DNA from: Takakia lepidozioides
Lineage: Eukaryota > Plantae > Bryophyta
DNA length: 64,000 nucleotides
NCBI GenBank assembly: GCA_030704615.1
Contig: CM060734.1
Location: 55,552,001-55,616,000 of the forward strand
Direction: 5' to 3'
In this document: positions 14,331-27,879 of the stretch, piece by piece
How positions within the stretch are numbered: position 1 is the first letter of the stretch
How the letters are laid out: each line of letters starts with the position of its first letter
Notes under the pieces: generated by a model
Told to the model about the DNA's origin: nothing
What the model saw: only the letters and a program-made list of their open reading frames with translations
The model's database searches: none
Position numbers and translations under genes: made by a program

Positions 14331-16324
14331 TAGGTAGGTCTGACTGACAGGGTCTTCTTGCATAGGCCTTTGGGCTTTGCTTACCCACTAGGTTTGCCAT
14401 CCCTAGTAGTATGGTGTATTGTTTCTCATGTTTATGTTGAGCAATGTGTGCAGAGTTCAGTAAAAAAAAAGGAAGGGAATTGCAGGGAAGGATGCGAACG
14501 AGCATAAGTCTCTTACTCCAGCAAAGTGTGCACCAACTATTGCGCCAACTGCTGTGATGAGTGGCGCGGTTGTTCCAACTTACGAAAAACAGGCCCCGCC
14601 CCACTCCACAGACTGACGTTTCCAGCTCCCTCGTATCCACAGTATCGGCTCCTCCCTCGTATCCGCTTATGTACCCGCAGTATCCTGCCATGTCAGGCTA
14701 TTAATCTGGCATGGGCACATGCCGTATCCTCACTATCAACCTCCAAACAATGATCCCTAAGTGCCAGAATTACAATTCTTTTCTCCACCTGCAGGCGCTC
14801 CAATGCATGATCCTAGTCAAGGTGGGTATTCCATTTACCACCATTATGGAATGCATCCCCATAGTATGTATCCTCCTCGGCCTATGTACAACCAACCTAC
14901 TTCCTCCCTCTATCCTACCAGCCCTGCAAGACCACACCAGGGGCAGGTCCAGTATGGTGGCCACCAACCTTCAGGATCCAACTACAATGGAGTACAACAG
15001 CCGGCACCTTCGAGCTTCACTGCACCGCGGCCACCTCTTTATCCAACATCTCCAGGTACACCTAATACCCTGAAAGGGAAAGGCATTCTGAAACAGACCG
15101 AGGATGCATTTGCTCCGCATCATCCTGTGGGGTGGGAGACAACAGTCCAGCCCCAACAGAGTGAAGGTGGTAACATGCAAGGTACTGCTGAAACCTTGCA
15201 GGATTCTAGCCTTACTCCTGGGGGACATCAGGTGTGACTCCTATAGAACGCAAAAATGCTTTAAGGAGGGAAAGAAGGGCACTTGCAAAAGATCTGAGAG
15301 ACCAGGCTGCTCAGAATGTGGCTGTAGGGAGGAGGAAATTTTTCATTTCTTGTGATGAACTTGGAAACCCTGAAGGTCCTGCTCGGAACCAGTGGATGAC
15401 AGCTCTGCGAGGGTAGTGTCAACGTTTGTTGGACTGGTCATTGTATGCTCAGGATCAACCATTACACTTAATTGAAAAGATCATGGAGATCTTGGCTTCA
15501 GATTGGGAATACGGACCTCCTGGTCTTAACATAAAGGCTATTACAAAAACAATTTGCGGGCAGCTCAAGTACCAACGAAATAAGCTGTTCAAAAATTACT
15601 ATAGTGTGGGGCTGCCAAACCCATCATGTGCCAGACAAGACATGGGCACAACTAGTTGTTAGTTGGGGTTCCACTGATTTCAAGAAATTCCAGCAAATGG
15701 TGTCAAGGCGCGGGGATGTGTGAAGAATACATCTCGATCGGGTCGCAGTGGAATCAGCGGTGTTGTAGCACGACTGGTATACTTCTCTTACAACATAGGA
15801 AGTTCCCACATTGTTTTGCATTGACAAACTTTATGTGTTGGGTTTTTTTGGATGGAGCTCATAGTCTATTCCTATATGGATGGAATTAGTACACATTGCT
15901 ACTACTTGGGGGCCTTCTCAGAGTTGGGCGCCAGCAAGAAACTAAGCACTCTTATTGAGGGGGAGTCATTGACGTATCCTAGATAATTCTTTACTGTTGG
16001 CAGTGTGCTATGCTAGTCATTTACACTTGCAAGTTTGTTGCAATCATAGGAGAAGGAGACTGGACGTACACCAAGTTTGCAGGAGATCGCCGGTAGCGCC
16101 AGGAGTGACAAAGGCTACGGGTCGGGGTGTACAGGCAGTGCAGCCACAACGGTATATAAGCTCAGTACCAATTCTGGTGTGAATTACATATTCGTGATTT
16201 CCATGTGTTAGAGGACTGTCTGGGACTTAGACACTTAAACGGGATCTGTAAGGTACCCTTAATTTTTGCACAGACTGAGACCAACAGGAGCCTTAGGGGT
16301 GACAGCAGCGCACTGTAGAGGGGG

Positions 16325-16640
16325 TTACACAGCCCGTCACAGTAGTCACAGCCGACACAGCCAACACAGCCCGTCACAGTCGTCACAGCCGACACAGCCA
16401 ACACAGCCCGTTACAGTGTACGTGAACAGTCACATAGACAGCCCGTAGTCTAAGTCGCAGCACAGCCGACACAAACACAGCCCGTTACAGTCGCCAGCAG
16501 ACACAGCCGACACAGCCGTCACAGTCGTCACAGCCGACACAGCATCAGACACAGCCAACACAGCCCGTTACAGTCGCCACAGCAGCCATAGCCGACACAG
16601 CCAGCCAGTCACAGCCGACACAGCCAAACACAGTCGCACC
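16325..16640 (+). repeat. Degenerate minisatellite built on CACAGCC / GTCACAG 9-mers
   Basis: cacagccgacacagccaacacagcccgtcacagt repeated directly; encodes Thr/Gln/Pro/Ser-rich low-complexity sequence. Confidence 0.9.
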
Positions 16641-17151
16641 TGATGGAAGCCAGCTCCAAGCAGCTTTGGAAGCAGTCCAAGTCCAACTGGACGGTAGCAG
16701 CTGCATTCAACATTGCGCTCGCAGCTAAACTTGACATGAATGTGCCAGATTCACAGCCTACAGGTCCACTGCACCACCTTTGCGCCACATCAACAAATGA
16801 GACTATTTCTCATGTTATGGGCTCACCACTCAACCTGTTCAAGGCAGTTTCTTCACCGCCACCAAAGCCAAACACAATAGGCTCATTGTTTGGGCTTTCA
16901 GAAATGGAGGGGGATGATGACATGGAGGGTGGTCTGAAGGTGAACTCAATCCATCCCCCATATTGTTGAGGCAACTGCAAAGTGTTCATCAGTTTTGTTG
17001 TCCCTACACCAGTAGCACTGCCGGCATATGTACTACCTCTCAATATGCCTGTGAGGTCTCCATGAATTTGTAGAGTGCCCCACAGAAAGGTGTGTCTTTT
17101 GTACATGATAATCATGTACAAGTTGTAGGTCATTGCCCTTCGGCAACTGAG

Positions 17152-17640
17152 AGGCAGAAACACATCCTTATACTTGACTTGAATGGATTGTTATGTGAGA
17201 GCAGACTACGAACAAGGGAATACCTAGAGCCCACACCTCCAGACCTGGGTGTCAGGAGTTTCTGGACCGATGCCTTCAGATTTTTGATGTAGGTGTATGG
17301 TCTTCCATGTCATTGAGTAATGTCCTTCCAGTTGTGAAAGCTTTGTTTCGTGGGAAGCAACCAAAGATGGTGCTTCACCAAGACTATTGTGACCAGCCTG
17401 TGGGAATGGTGGACCCTTTCAATCCTTCTAAAACTGTCATGTACAAGAACTTATGTAAGTTTTGGAAGGACTACAGCCATTACAATCCAACCAATACTTT
17501 GCAAGTGGACGATTCCCCACTCACTTGCTTACCCAACCCTGCAAATAATTGCATCTTCCCGTATCCATGGAAGTTGAGGGATCAGCAAACTGCAAGAGGC
17601 TTATGAAAGAATTACTGCCTTGGTTAGAGGGTGTATCCAA
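17152..17640 (+). pseudogene. NIF / FCP1-SCP-like HAD phosphatase domain, frameshifted
   Basis: KHILILDLNGLL (motif I). After a frameshift: RPGCQEFLDRCLQIFDVGVWSS, then MYKNLCKFW and NTLQVDDSP..C..NP.N.IFP. These are the hallmark NIF-family motifs in the correct order. Confidence 0.85.
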
Positions 17641-19484
17641 GGCTGCACACATCCTGAGTATGTGTCAGGGCACCCATACAGATGGGCAGCCCAACTACTT
17701 GTTCAATACTGCAGCCATGGGTAATGGATCACAACAATCTGCAAAGGCATCCGAACCAGGGCTTCCTACTGCAGAGTTCCAACGACTTTGCCTCCCGATG
17801 CAACAACAAAGCATAATCAAAGAAAGGTGAGAGCAAAAGTTTCAATGCTTGGGCGCGTGGGTGGATTTGTATTGTTAATGCTACTTCACATGTGTGTCAT
17901 TCGTGCTATTCTAATTTTTTGATCGTTGTGTCATTCAATATACAGATGGTGAAACCAATGAAGCGTTCAATGGACAGGGAGAGTACAATATGTGCTATCA
18001 ATCAGACTACAACCACAGTGGATCTAACTGAACCACAGGGTGACCAACAAAATCCGCACAGTGTAAGTACTTCATTTGTGCAATTTTGTTTCCTTGTCTG
18101 ATGCTGGATCAATACACCTCTTATGTATCGCCACATAGCTGCAGGCCCAACAACCTACAAAGGTAGTTTTGTGACATCGTCCTACCACATCCATGTTGAC
18201 CATGCATAACCTGCTACCAACTAGGTATGGCACCGTTCCAGCTTTGATCATGTCAGCATGTAGTATAGAGACAGCAAATGCAATTCGGAATTGGAAGTAC
18301 TACAATAGGTAGGGTTGGGGTGTTTGCTGGAAGAACTTCAATGTCATTTTGCAGGAGTGTCAAGCTGTCAGTCTCTGTTCTCCAGGGTTCATTTCTGATA
18401 TAGGAATCTGGTTTTTGTTGCAGTTTCAGATCGGCGACAAGGTGTTATTGTTTGATCCTTGTGCACCAAAAAGAAGGGCAGGTGTGGGATATATTGCTGG
18501 ATTTCCGAAAGCAAATGTGCAGACAACTATTACCGTATCCATGTGAAATCGGTCATGATTTCAGAGGTTGTGTTGCCGTACCCGGACTACTCTGTTACCC
18601 TAATTATACCACATTGGGTGACACGCAGGGAAGTTCCACCTTATGGTCTGAAAAGTTTCTTAAACACGCGTGATATTGAAGGTGCTACAAGTTTAGTTTA
18701 GTTTTTCTTATGGATTGAGGGTTGCTGAGACAGGTGAACAAAACAGCTCTTCTCACATGAACAGTATTTTTTGAATTGATGCTCTTGCTATTCTCATGTA
18801 TGATCACAAGATCCCCTTGTTCAAGGGCAACTTCATTTTCCCACATCAAGCCAAATTTTTCTTGTGTAGACATGAATGTGGTATTTTGCTGGTTGTTTGC
18901 TATATTTAATATTAATAACATTACTATTGGTCAATGTGGTTAATAATACAATTATTATCCTGTTTTAAATAAGCTTTTGTTTAAATGAAACAAAACAAAT
19001 AATAATTCTAAATAATAATATATTACATATTAAATCAAGCAGCAATGGCTTTTGGGGTGCTATCCCATTTATTATAGAATAATAAGAATAATAAGAATAA
19101 TAATGATATTCATTTTGGCATTTGTCAACAAATAAAAATTATTCACTTTTTCGTCCATAGGAACAAAACAATGGATATGACAGCACCACGACTTGAAACC
19201 TGGTGTTAAATCTGTGTGAGAATCCGTAAGAAGAGCTTAATATCTATTATTTATTTAATAATTCTGATGGACTCTATTACGTGCATTCCTTTGACATACA
19301 TGTGGCAGACATGGTGGCAATGAGGTGTAATAAGTACCGTAAAGAAAAAAAGACCATAAGATTACTTAGTCAAAATAGTCAGTTTGAACTAATCAGTCAA
19401 AACGGCCGTCAAAATATCCGTGTCAAAGGCATTTTCAAAATCAAGCATCAAGAAAGCCAAAGGCTGATTGTGATAGAAGCTCTA

Positions 19485-21136
19485 TGAAGTGCTTCATGAG
19501 CCAATAAAATGTTGTCCAGAATCATGCGGTCTTTTAGGAAACCAGTTTGCTCCTTTATGATAATCCTAGGCACAGAGTTGGATCCTTAAGCCAGAGCCTT
19601 GGCAATGATCTTGTACGTTAAATTTAGCAATGTAATGGGTCTATAGTTAGCCACATTATCTCTCTCACCCTTCTTGGTAAATGAGAGTGATGAAGACCTT
19701 CAAAGATTTGAGAGGGCATTATCTGTTTCTGCAAGATGTCATTAGCCATACTAAGAAAGTCTTCTCCTAGGGTTGACCATAGAGCCTTGAACAATTCTAT
19801 TGGGAGGCCATCAGGGCCTGGACTTTTGAGGGAGGCCAAGGCATGCACCGCCTTACCCAACTCATCTGTAGTAAAAGGTTCATCCATCTTGGCATTATCC
19901 ATTGCAGAAAGGGAGCAGGGAATGTTGCTCAAGTAAAGTGTTTCCTTGCCTCCACCACCATTGTTGTATGGTCTCTTTTCTCAAAAAGCTGCTTGAAAAA
20001 AGCTGCAACAATACTGCTCATCTTCTTTGGCACGGAAGATGGAAGGCCAGAGTGATCACGAAGAATACTTAGACATTTTTTCCCCCTTAAGCGACCAGTT
20101 GATCCCAGCTTTGATTCTCATGAAGTGCTCTCTGGAGTGGACAAGCAGTGACAGGTTTTTCTTAGCCGTGTTATAAGATATCCATGTCTGAGCATCGTCT
20201 CTTACGCTTTGAAGTTGAAACTGACAGACATGAAGGCACTTTGTGAGGGCTTTCTTTTTCTAGAGGTCTTTTCTGCCTTTTTCTTGGACAGTTCCTGACA
20301 TACTTTTATGAGGTTGTGAAGTTTGGACAGAAAAAGAAGAGTGGGGGAGGAGTGAGAGGAGGGGAGGTCAGCAGAGGACCAAACCCTTTGGAGATGAAGA
20401 ATGACCTTTTGGTCTAAGAGTAGGGTCGGGTTTAATTTGAAGAAACCCCTTCCCTTGACCCTTGACCCAGGGGTGTGGAGAGATAGCTGGATTGTGGCAT
20501 GATCAAAGCCAGGGGCTATTGGAACAATAGGGGATCTTATAAACCAGTTGAGCAAGTGGGCTGAGCAGTAGAACCTGTCTAACCGAGCGAGCGAAAGGTT
20601 TGGTGGCTATCTATTGTTTGACCAGGTAAATTGCAGCTCATTAGTTGCTGGTGGGGAGGCATCCAAGAGACCCATTGCCAGACAAAATGAGTCCCAGGAG
20701 TCTCTTTCAACGATCGAGAGACCATGGATGTTGGAGCCAAAACGGTCATTATCAAACTCAACCATATTGAAATCACCGCCTACCAACCAGTCACTACAAC
20801 AAATGACGGGGGGAGGACGCCAGCCGCGCCCCACGTGTTTGAGCCCGCGACGCGCGAGCCCGCGGCGTTTTTTTGCGATGCCCCGACGTCGCAATCCCCC
20901 GCTGACGACACCATTACGACGCCCAGCCGTCGTAAGGTGGCATGAAGAGGGAAAGAGGGCCCTCGCTGTGACGGATTTTTTTTTCTTTGTGCGACGTCGG
21001 AAATCCCAAAAAAAATTATTTATTTATTTATTATTCTTTTTTGGACGTTGCGACGCCTCGGCTTCGCAAAAGCGTCATTAAGGGCGCCCCAACGCCTCTA
21101 CGACGCCGGGCGTCGCAACAGCATCACCACAGTGAA

Positions 21137-21167
<31 letters not shown>

Positions 21168-24100
21168 GGGCTTTTTTCGGCCCTCAACTTCACAAAAGCG
21201 TCGCTAAGGGCGCCCCGCGCTGGACGTCCAACGTTGCGACGCTAGGGGGTCGCAACGGCGTCGCCACAGTGGATCGCAATGGTGTTGTGGTCAGCTTAGA
21301 TCATCACAAGGATGTCATTTGGGGCGCCTGACGGTGGGGAGGTGCAACAACGACAATGACGCTGGGGCTGGGGCTGGGCACCTAGGCTGTAGAGGTTGCA
21401 ACTCCCCGACGTCACAAGAGAGACCCCCTTAGAAGAACTTGAAGGAACTTGAAGAAAATCTTTATATATATATATATATATATATAGATTGCTTTCGTGA
21501 TACATAAATGTAGCGTAGGTGTGTTGGTTAGTTGTTAGTGTCTTAGAAATGTTAAAACGTGGAGGTCTTAGGCTCAAGTATGCATTGCATGATATATGTA
21601 GAACAATGAACATATTGCCATTAGACAGAACCGGAGTCAATGGTCAACGCCGGAGCCAATGGTCAACAAGTTTTTGAAATTCAAATTTTCCCGCCTAAAT
21701 TCAAATGTACTCCCTTAAATTGTGACGTCCGAGCGTCGCACTTTGCGACCCCCGGACGGTGCTAATTATGCATTGTACAGTAGGTTTTTTTTTTTTTTTG
21801 TTGGTTCGACGCCCGGGCGTCGCAAATCGCGTCGGCGTCACAAATTTGCGACGTTTTTTTGGCAACGCCCTTGTGACGCCCGGGCGTCGCAAATTTGGTT
21901 CTTCCCCCTTACCCGTAAAGGGTTGTTTTACGACGCCGCGGCGTCGAAAACCCCCCCTTTTTCCTGTAGTGAGTGCTGAATGTGTACATGCTGCAGAACT
22001 TTCACCCTCATATTGGACTAGAGATCTACCCGCTCTTCTTCATTGTTTGGGGCATAGACATTGAGAACCCCTATATTCCCAATGGCCGGGCCAAGGTTCA
22101 TTATAACAAGCTGTACACGACCCTGGACCCAAATCTCATTTGACAGAATGCTAAGGCCCAAAGAGGGGGAGACCAAAATTGTAGTTCCCCCTCTGGAATC
22201 GGCAACCGTAGGGTTCAAAAAGGCAGATAAAGAGGGCCAAGTAGAAGCACCCAACGAAGCAATTTTAGTTGAATCTAGCTTATGCTCTTGGAGGAAAATA
22301 AGAGAAGAACGGTTAATAAGATTTGAGGTCCAGTGTCTGATTCTTGCCCTTTTCGGGGCAGAGTGATCAGAGCCTATTCCTCGGATGTTCCAGCTAAATA
22401 GGGCGAAGTTCGTGAATAGGCCCGTGGTTTCACCACGATTTGATGGCCAAGAAGGAATGAAGCGTTAATGTGTGAATCCACCTAAACCCAGCTGGGGGGG
22501 GTAGGGCAACAGAAAGATTCCAAACAAAGAACTGCCTAGACCTTTTCCTCTTGTTAGTACCCATTCCATAAATTGGTTCCTGGTATCTGTCAGTACAGAT
22601 AGGTCCTTCAATGACAGCTCCTAGGCTAGTTTGGAAGAAAGAAAACAGACAACTTCATTTGAATGTAGAGGGATGTCAGCATCACACCAGCCATGTAGCA
22701 TTTTGTGATCTCCAAAAGTGTATTGATGCATCAAAATCCAGCCCTTTTTTTATGTTGGATGCATCAAGCACAAAGAACAAGAGAGGAGCGTAAGCATGAG
22801 ATGTTATGTTTCCGTCTCCTCTGGCTGCAGCAGCTCAGTGATTTTTTGCGCCACATTGGAAGACAACAACATGGCAGCCTCTTTGTAAAGCACCATCTCC
22901 TTGATGTTGTTAGGCTCCAATTCCTGATTTTTCTTGTTTTCCTTGTATGTCAGACCCTTGTGCTTCTGCAAACTCTCAAGTTCAGCCACCATTCGCTGCC
23001 CTTCCTCCAGGATGAGGGAGCTGCGGGCCCAAGTAGCAAGGTTGTTTACCCGGTAGAACAAACCAAATCTGTCTACCTACAGCCCCTTGTTCGGTTTGTG
23101 CACATCTTGGAGGTCGTTGGAGTGGAAAATTGGGAGTACATGAATGACTGCTAGATTTACAAGGGCGTCATTGTTTTCCACCATGATGCCTATGTGCTGC
23201 AGATGAGATAGAGAGAGGGAAATGTGAGGAAAGAACTCATTGAGAATCTGATTTGTCAAGAGAAGAGTGATATCCTTCTCTCTTCCAACACCGAAATTCT
23301 TGGAAATGGATTCCTCAACCCAGGCCGAGCGGAAGCCTTCTCCATCATCTTGGATGCAAAAATTTGTGTACTCTTCAGAGAACGTGTAGACAAGAGGAGT
23401 AACACAAATTGCAGCTCTGTCACGAGCATATGCAGATCCAAAGGCCCAACCGGTTAGCGGCCTTCTTGAGAAGGAATGGAGCTCGAGAAAGGAGATTGCG
23501 AGACTAGCACTGCCCCACTGCAGTTCTTCTTCCGAGAAAGGAAATGAAGCCCAAGCATCTTTGACTCTGACAGGGTTAGTGTCGTATGGGCGGTTGGGAT
23601 GAATCCATTTGGCCAAGCCCCCACTTGATTTTTTTCTTTTTTTAGCAGTCTGTCCCCCTTGAATAATCCCCATGTTAGCTCCCCCTGAAGCCTGTGCAGC
23701 GTCGCTCGGTATCCCATTTTTAAAAGATGATTCTGTCTTGTCAAAATGTGGGAGATTACCATTGGTCGCATACAAGATAGAGTTCCTGCCCAGTTTTGGA
23801 CAGCAGGAGCGAACGTGACCCTCACCACCACACTGGAAACATATTGTGGAGATGAGCTCCTCCCTGATTGCAACGACAATGAATGAGTCGTCCTTTGTGG
23901 GGAGTTTGATGGAGGTACCTATTGGCTTAGACTCCGGCATTAGCACTACCAGCTTTGGAACTCCGTTATCCCTATTGAAATCGAAGTGCACAGTTTCCGT
24001 ATCAACGCTTCTTGCACTGGTATCCTGAATTGGCTCAAAAACGTTGAGGGAACCAATGAACGTGCTGAAGCTTGCACCGATTTCTGGGAGAGAAGTTAAG

Positions 24101-24714
24101 TATGTCGCAGGTACAAAGGGAATTGCAATGACCCTTGGTTTCCACATTACTCCTTGCTTGTGGCCCCAGCCATGGGTCTAAGGAAAAAGGAAAACCTTCA
24201 CAGCAGAAGTCTGGGTATTGAACTGTAGCGCCATCTTTGCTTCCACTAGAGAACAAAAAAGAACCAGGTAGAAACCTCTGCCCATGGGCAAACAAAAGTG
24301 ATGAGCAAGTCCTCCTTCAACGCCAAGGTGCAAGGCTATCCATCCGCGAACCGATTTCCTAGACCTGAGTTTGCCCGGGAAATAGAGTAGAATCCCCCTT
24401 TGAGAGAGTTTTTGCGCCTGGGATTTAAGCTTCTCCTTATCCAGGGCCAGTACAGGCTGTCCGGCGACCTCCTGGGGGATGGAGTCTTCCCACAATCCTT
24501 CGTCTGACAATGGGGATTGTATATCGAGCGATGGGCCTGGACCTTTGCCCAAGATGGAGTCTCCCGATCTATTGGAGATGAAGATGTTTTTTATAATCCA
24601 CTTTGATTTCCCTCCATGGACAGCTAGCGCGGAGTGAGAGCGTTGGGCTGCTCCCGAGCGTTGCGCAGAGCTGCCTCTGTTTCCTCTTTTGCTTGTTGTT
24701 CCTCGGGCATTCAT
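19485..24714 (-). mobile_element. L1-like LINE, degenerate and truncated within RT
   Basis: ORF1 pieces 24178-24714 and 23077-24147 have GRGFYLVLF and the zinc knuckle CFQCGGEGHVRSCC. ORF2 from ~22400 has SWNIRG, IFLQEHK, LNVYAPN, LVGGDFN, FDH, KSPGPDGLPIELFK, YRPITLL and QTGF; homology ends near 19485. Confidence 0.88.
20792..21971. mobile_element. Non-autonomous CACTA element (1180 bp) inserted in the L1 endonuclease region
   Basis: Begins CACTACAACAAA and ends TTTCCTGTAGTG. 3-bp TSD AGT at 20789-20791 and 21972-21974. Many GACGCC/GGCGTC subterminal repeats; no coding capacity. Confidence 0.95.
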
Positions 24715-26469
24715 GGTTGTAACTTAGATAAAAGAGGCACCACTGTCAAAGCTTGTATCCAACAGCACCAGCACTATCACATACAAGTCCCACCAATTCT
24801 TAACAAGCGATGTCACGCACTAGACAAGAAGAGAGGGAGCACTATAGAAATGTGTCAATGAAGGAGTTCGGCTAGAAAGGCCTGGGAGCACCAGGTCACA
24901 CCCAGCTTATAGATGGGTGTAACGGGCAATCACAGCGAAGAACGTATGGAGCAGCCTGTATCTTGCAGAATGGAGATGTATGAAGAAGCACTCATTCAAT
25001 AACTGACAGTCATCCTTCGATCGAGAGCTGCAAGCCAAACAAGGATTGAAAGCAGACAAGCCTTTTTTTTGGGGGGGGGGGGGGTAAAGCATGTCATGAA
25101 AGAAGGGGAGGGGGAAGGATCACTCCCCTGCGATAATTAGCCGCCATAGATGGAGCCGCCCAAATGCTTCAAGAGTAATACTGCCTGCGTTGTGTTCATG
25201 AACGCAACAGACTTTCGCTCTACATTATGGGGGCATATTGCCAACCTGAGCTGGAGGAGTGCAAAGGAGCTTAATATCGCCCGCTAAGGATGACTGTTTC
25301 TGTCGGGGGAGAATCTGCTCTTAATGTGATCGCGGGGAATCGCGCCACCAGCTAGGGAAAGATAAAGAAACAAGAAAGGGAGTTCGTGGATGATAGAGGG
25401 AAGGCAGTGAGCCTGAGGGAAAGAGAAGATGGAAGAGAAGAAGAAGGGGGGGGGGGGACGAGGAAGAGTTATGTTAGTTCAACAAAGAATTGAAGGATTA
25501 GGACAAAGCCATAGCGCCAACTTCACAGACTGCATGAGTTACTGAATACTGAGCTTAGTTTCAGTACATTGTCAAGCTATTGATGGGACTTGTGCTGGAT
25601 GCGTTGAGGAAAGCTTGAAAAAAAACTAAGTCCTCAAGCTCTCTCACCGCAAATTGCGGAGCCCCTTTACATTGCAACTTGGGGTTTTCAACTTATAGCA
25701 ATTTGCAGATGTTGTACGGAGATCAACTTTGTTATTTATAAATTCAAATCCATGGCTTTCAATTCGATTCTATGTCGAAAAACTTGAACTCAGCCACCAT
25801 GATCATTTCAACATGGTTGCACATGGTTTCGCTTCCTTGGACTGATCAGCCTTGGTCAGATTTTGAGGCAGGTTGCGTCTAATGACGAGCAAAGAGGGTG
25901 GGTGGATTTCTACTATGTTCACAAATTTTTTACTAGAATATTTGATAGGATTGGGTAGAGATCGGGATCCAGGTGCAAACTTGAAAACCCACGCAGTGGT
26001 TGAGTCCTCATGAAAGTTTAATGGAACACATGTATATTGTGATAAAACTATTTCTTCAATTTAGGTTCTAAACTTTGAATGTGACGCAATGTGACGATTA
26101 TCACTTCATCAAAACTTGAGGCAAATCACGTCAACATTTTCTCATGAAATATCACCACTTGGGTATTTGCTACATTTGGCACTTTTGGCAAACTCTACTA
26201 AACGCACAAGATACAAGACTAGGTCTATGGTTGTAACTTGTTTAATTATTTGGTCTTGGTCTTGGTTATATTTGCAACTCCCACTATTTTGAGGTCTCTT
26301 GACATATTTTAACATACCAAGTTAATATTAAAGAAATTTAGATAAAGTTTTAAAATATAATCTATATATTTATTAACTTTTTCAACTTACTATGTACTAC
26401 TAAAGAAATGGAGTGGCAAGAAGAGTCTCTGTCCCCTATTTCACTTCTGGATGTCTGATGGATCGTTGT

Positions 26470-27263
26470 ATTTGGTGTCATAGTAGCAGTGACATGATGC
26501 GTCGTCGACCATGCAGATCGCTTCTCTTGACGTCTTTCGAACAAACGATTATCGCATGCAATGACTTGGGTGATGAATTCACTCAGTGTGCTCACGTTTA
26601 ACAAATCTTTTACATCATCTTTTAGTCCACATCGAAACTGACTAATGAGGCTCTTCTCATTCCAGTCGAGGTCGCACGCAAGTTGTCGAAATTCGGCAGC
26701 ATAAACGGAAGCAGGACGTGTTCCTTGTCGAAGATTTCGCATCTTTGTTTCTGCAACTCTCTCTCTATCATTCTCTCCAAACGTTGCAGTGAACTCGGAC
26801 ATGAATCCTTCAAAATTATATAGTAAATGCGAATTTTTTCTATTAGCGGTGCAAACCAAGATAAGGCAGTGCCTGATAGAAGGGTGCCCACGAATCCCAC
26901 TTGAATACCTTCATCGGGGTAGCGTTGTGGATGTAGTCGTAGGAACAGTCGTACTTGTTGAACAAAATCGCGAAATCTTGATATTGTCCCATCAAATTTC
27001 TCAATCATGCTGATCTTTGGTACTCTCGTAATCTGTTGAAGATGAACCGTTGCAGTAGGATTTGTTGCAATAGGGACTCGTATGGTTGAAGATCCATTGT
27101 TCGACTCTTTTAACTCTGAAATTTGTTGTTGCAAATTGTGGAGAGCGTTGCCAAGATCTTGAGACTGATCAGTTTGCAATTGGGCGGTAGATGTACGAAG
27201 TTCTTGCATCTAGAGTTGAAGACTCTGCAATGTGGTGACTATTTCCGTAAATGTGCCTTCCAT
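26470..27263 (-). pseudogene. Ty3/Gypsy gag fragment (chromovirus/Tf1-Tcn1-like), pol missing
   Basis: EKFDGT..RFRDFVQQVRLF, GTLLSGTALSWF, LRQGTRPASVYAAEFRQLACDLDWNE..LISQFRCGL. One frameshift; truncated after gag. Confidence 0.88.
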
Positions 27264-27301
27264 CTTAACTAGCTAAAGAACAAATTTTAGTCTCGTCAAA
27301 C

Positions 27302-27879
27302 TGTCAAGGACGAGAATATGACTGAACACAAACAAGAGATAAAACTAGAGGTACAATGCTAGACAAGAAGTCAAGGTCGGCGTGGCCGAATGCACGATGA
27401 GTAAATAGGAATCAAGACAATATTTATAATAATGAACAAGAGTACAAGATATTGGAACATGACTTGAATATTGGAATGCTGGAAACTGGACTGGAGTACT
27501 GGGAACTGGAAACAAGAGTAGCTTGAACTGGTGTTGGTGAGACTGAAGAGTGTCGAGTCTCGTCTCCTATATATACTGGATACTAGGAAACTTCCCCAAG
27601 AAGCTTCTCCTATGGAGGTTTCTTGCTAGAGAAGTTTCCAAGATTAAACAAAGGTTCTTGATGGAGAAGCTTCCTTAAACAAATGAGATATCTTGATGGA
27701 GAAGTTTCCTCCAAAAGAAGCTTCCTGAGTAGTTTTTCAAGTTACTCTTGGTAATTTGGTAAATTCCCGATAACTTGGTAAATAATGATAAATAATGGTA
27801 AATCATGGTAAATCATGATAAGTCATGATAACTTTCGGTAACATGATAACTTGGTAACTTCTGGTATTTACTCCTGATA
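27302..27879 (-). repeat. Putative 5' LTR of the gag fragment
   Basis: TGTCAAGGA at 27302 and TCCTGATA at 27872-27879 form an imperfect terminal inverted repeat. TATATATAG on the minus strand at 27575-27567; internal short tandem motifs. No second LTR in the window to confirm. Confidence 0.6.

Larger units (their letters stand above)
14761..18673 (+). pseudogene. CACTA accessory (TnpA/Ptta-like) multi-exon gene remnant, divergent from the transposase
   Basis: Pro/Gln-rich segment, then ISCDELGNPEGPARNQW...LKYQRNKLFKNY...W (En/Spm ORF2-like). The last exon FQIGDKVLL...V.LPYPDY...TLGDTQGSSTLW resembles the TNP1/En-Spm C-terminal domain. Broken by stops and frameshifts; exon structure not resolved. 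Confidence 0.6.
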
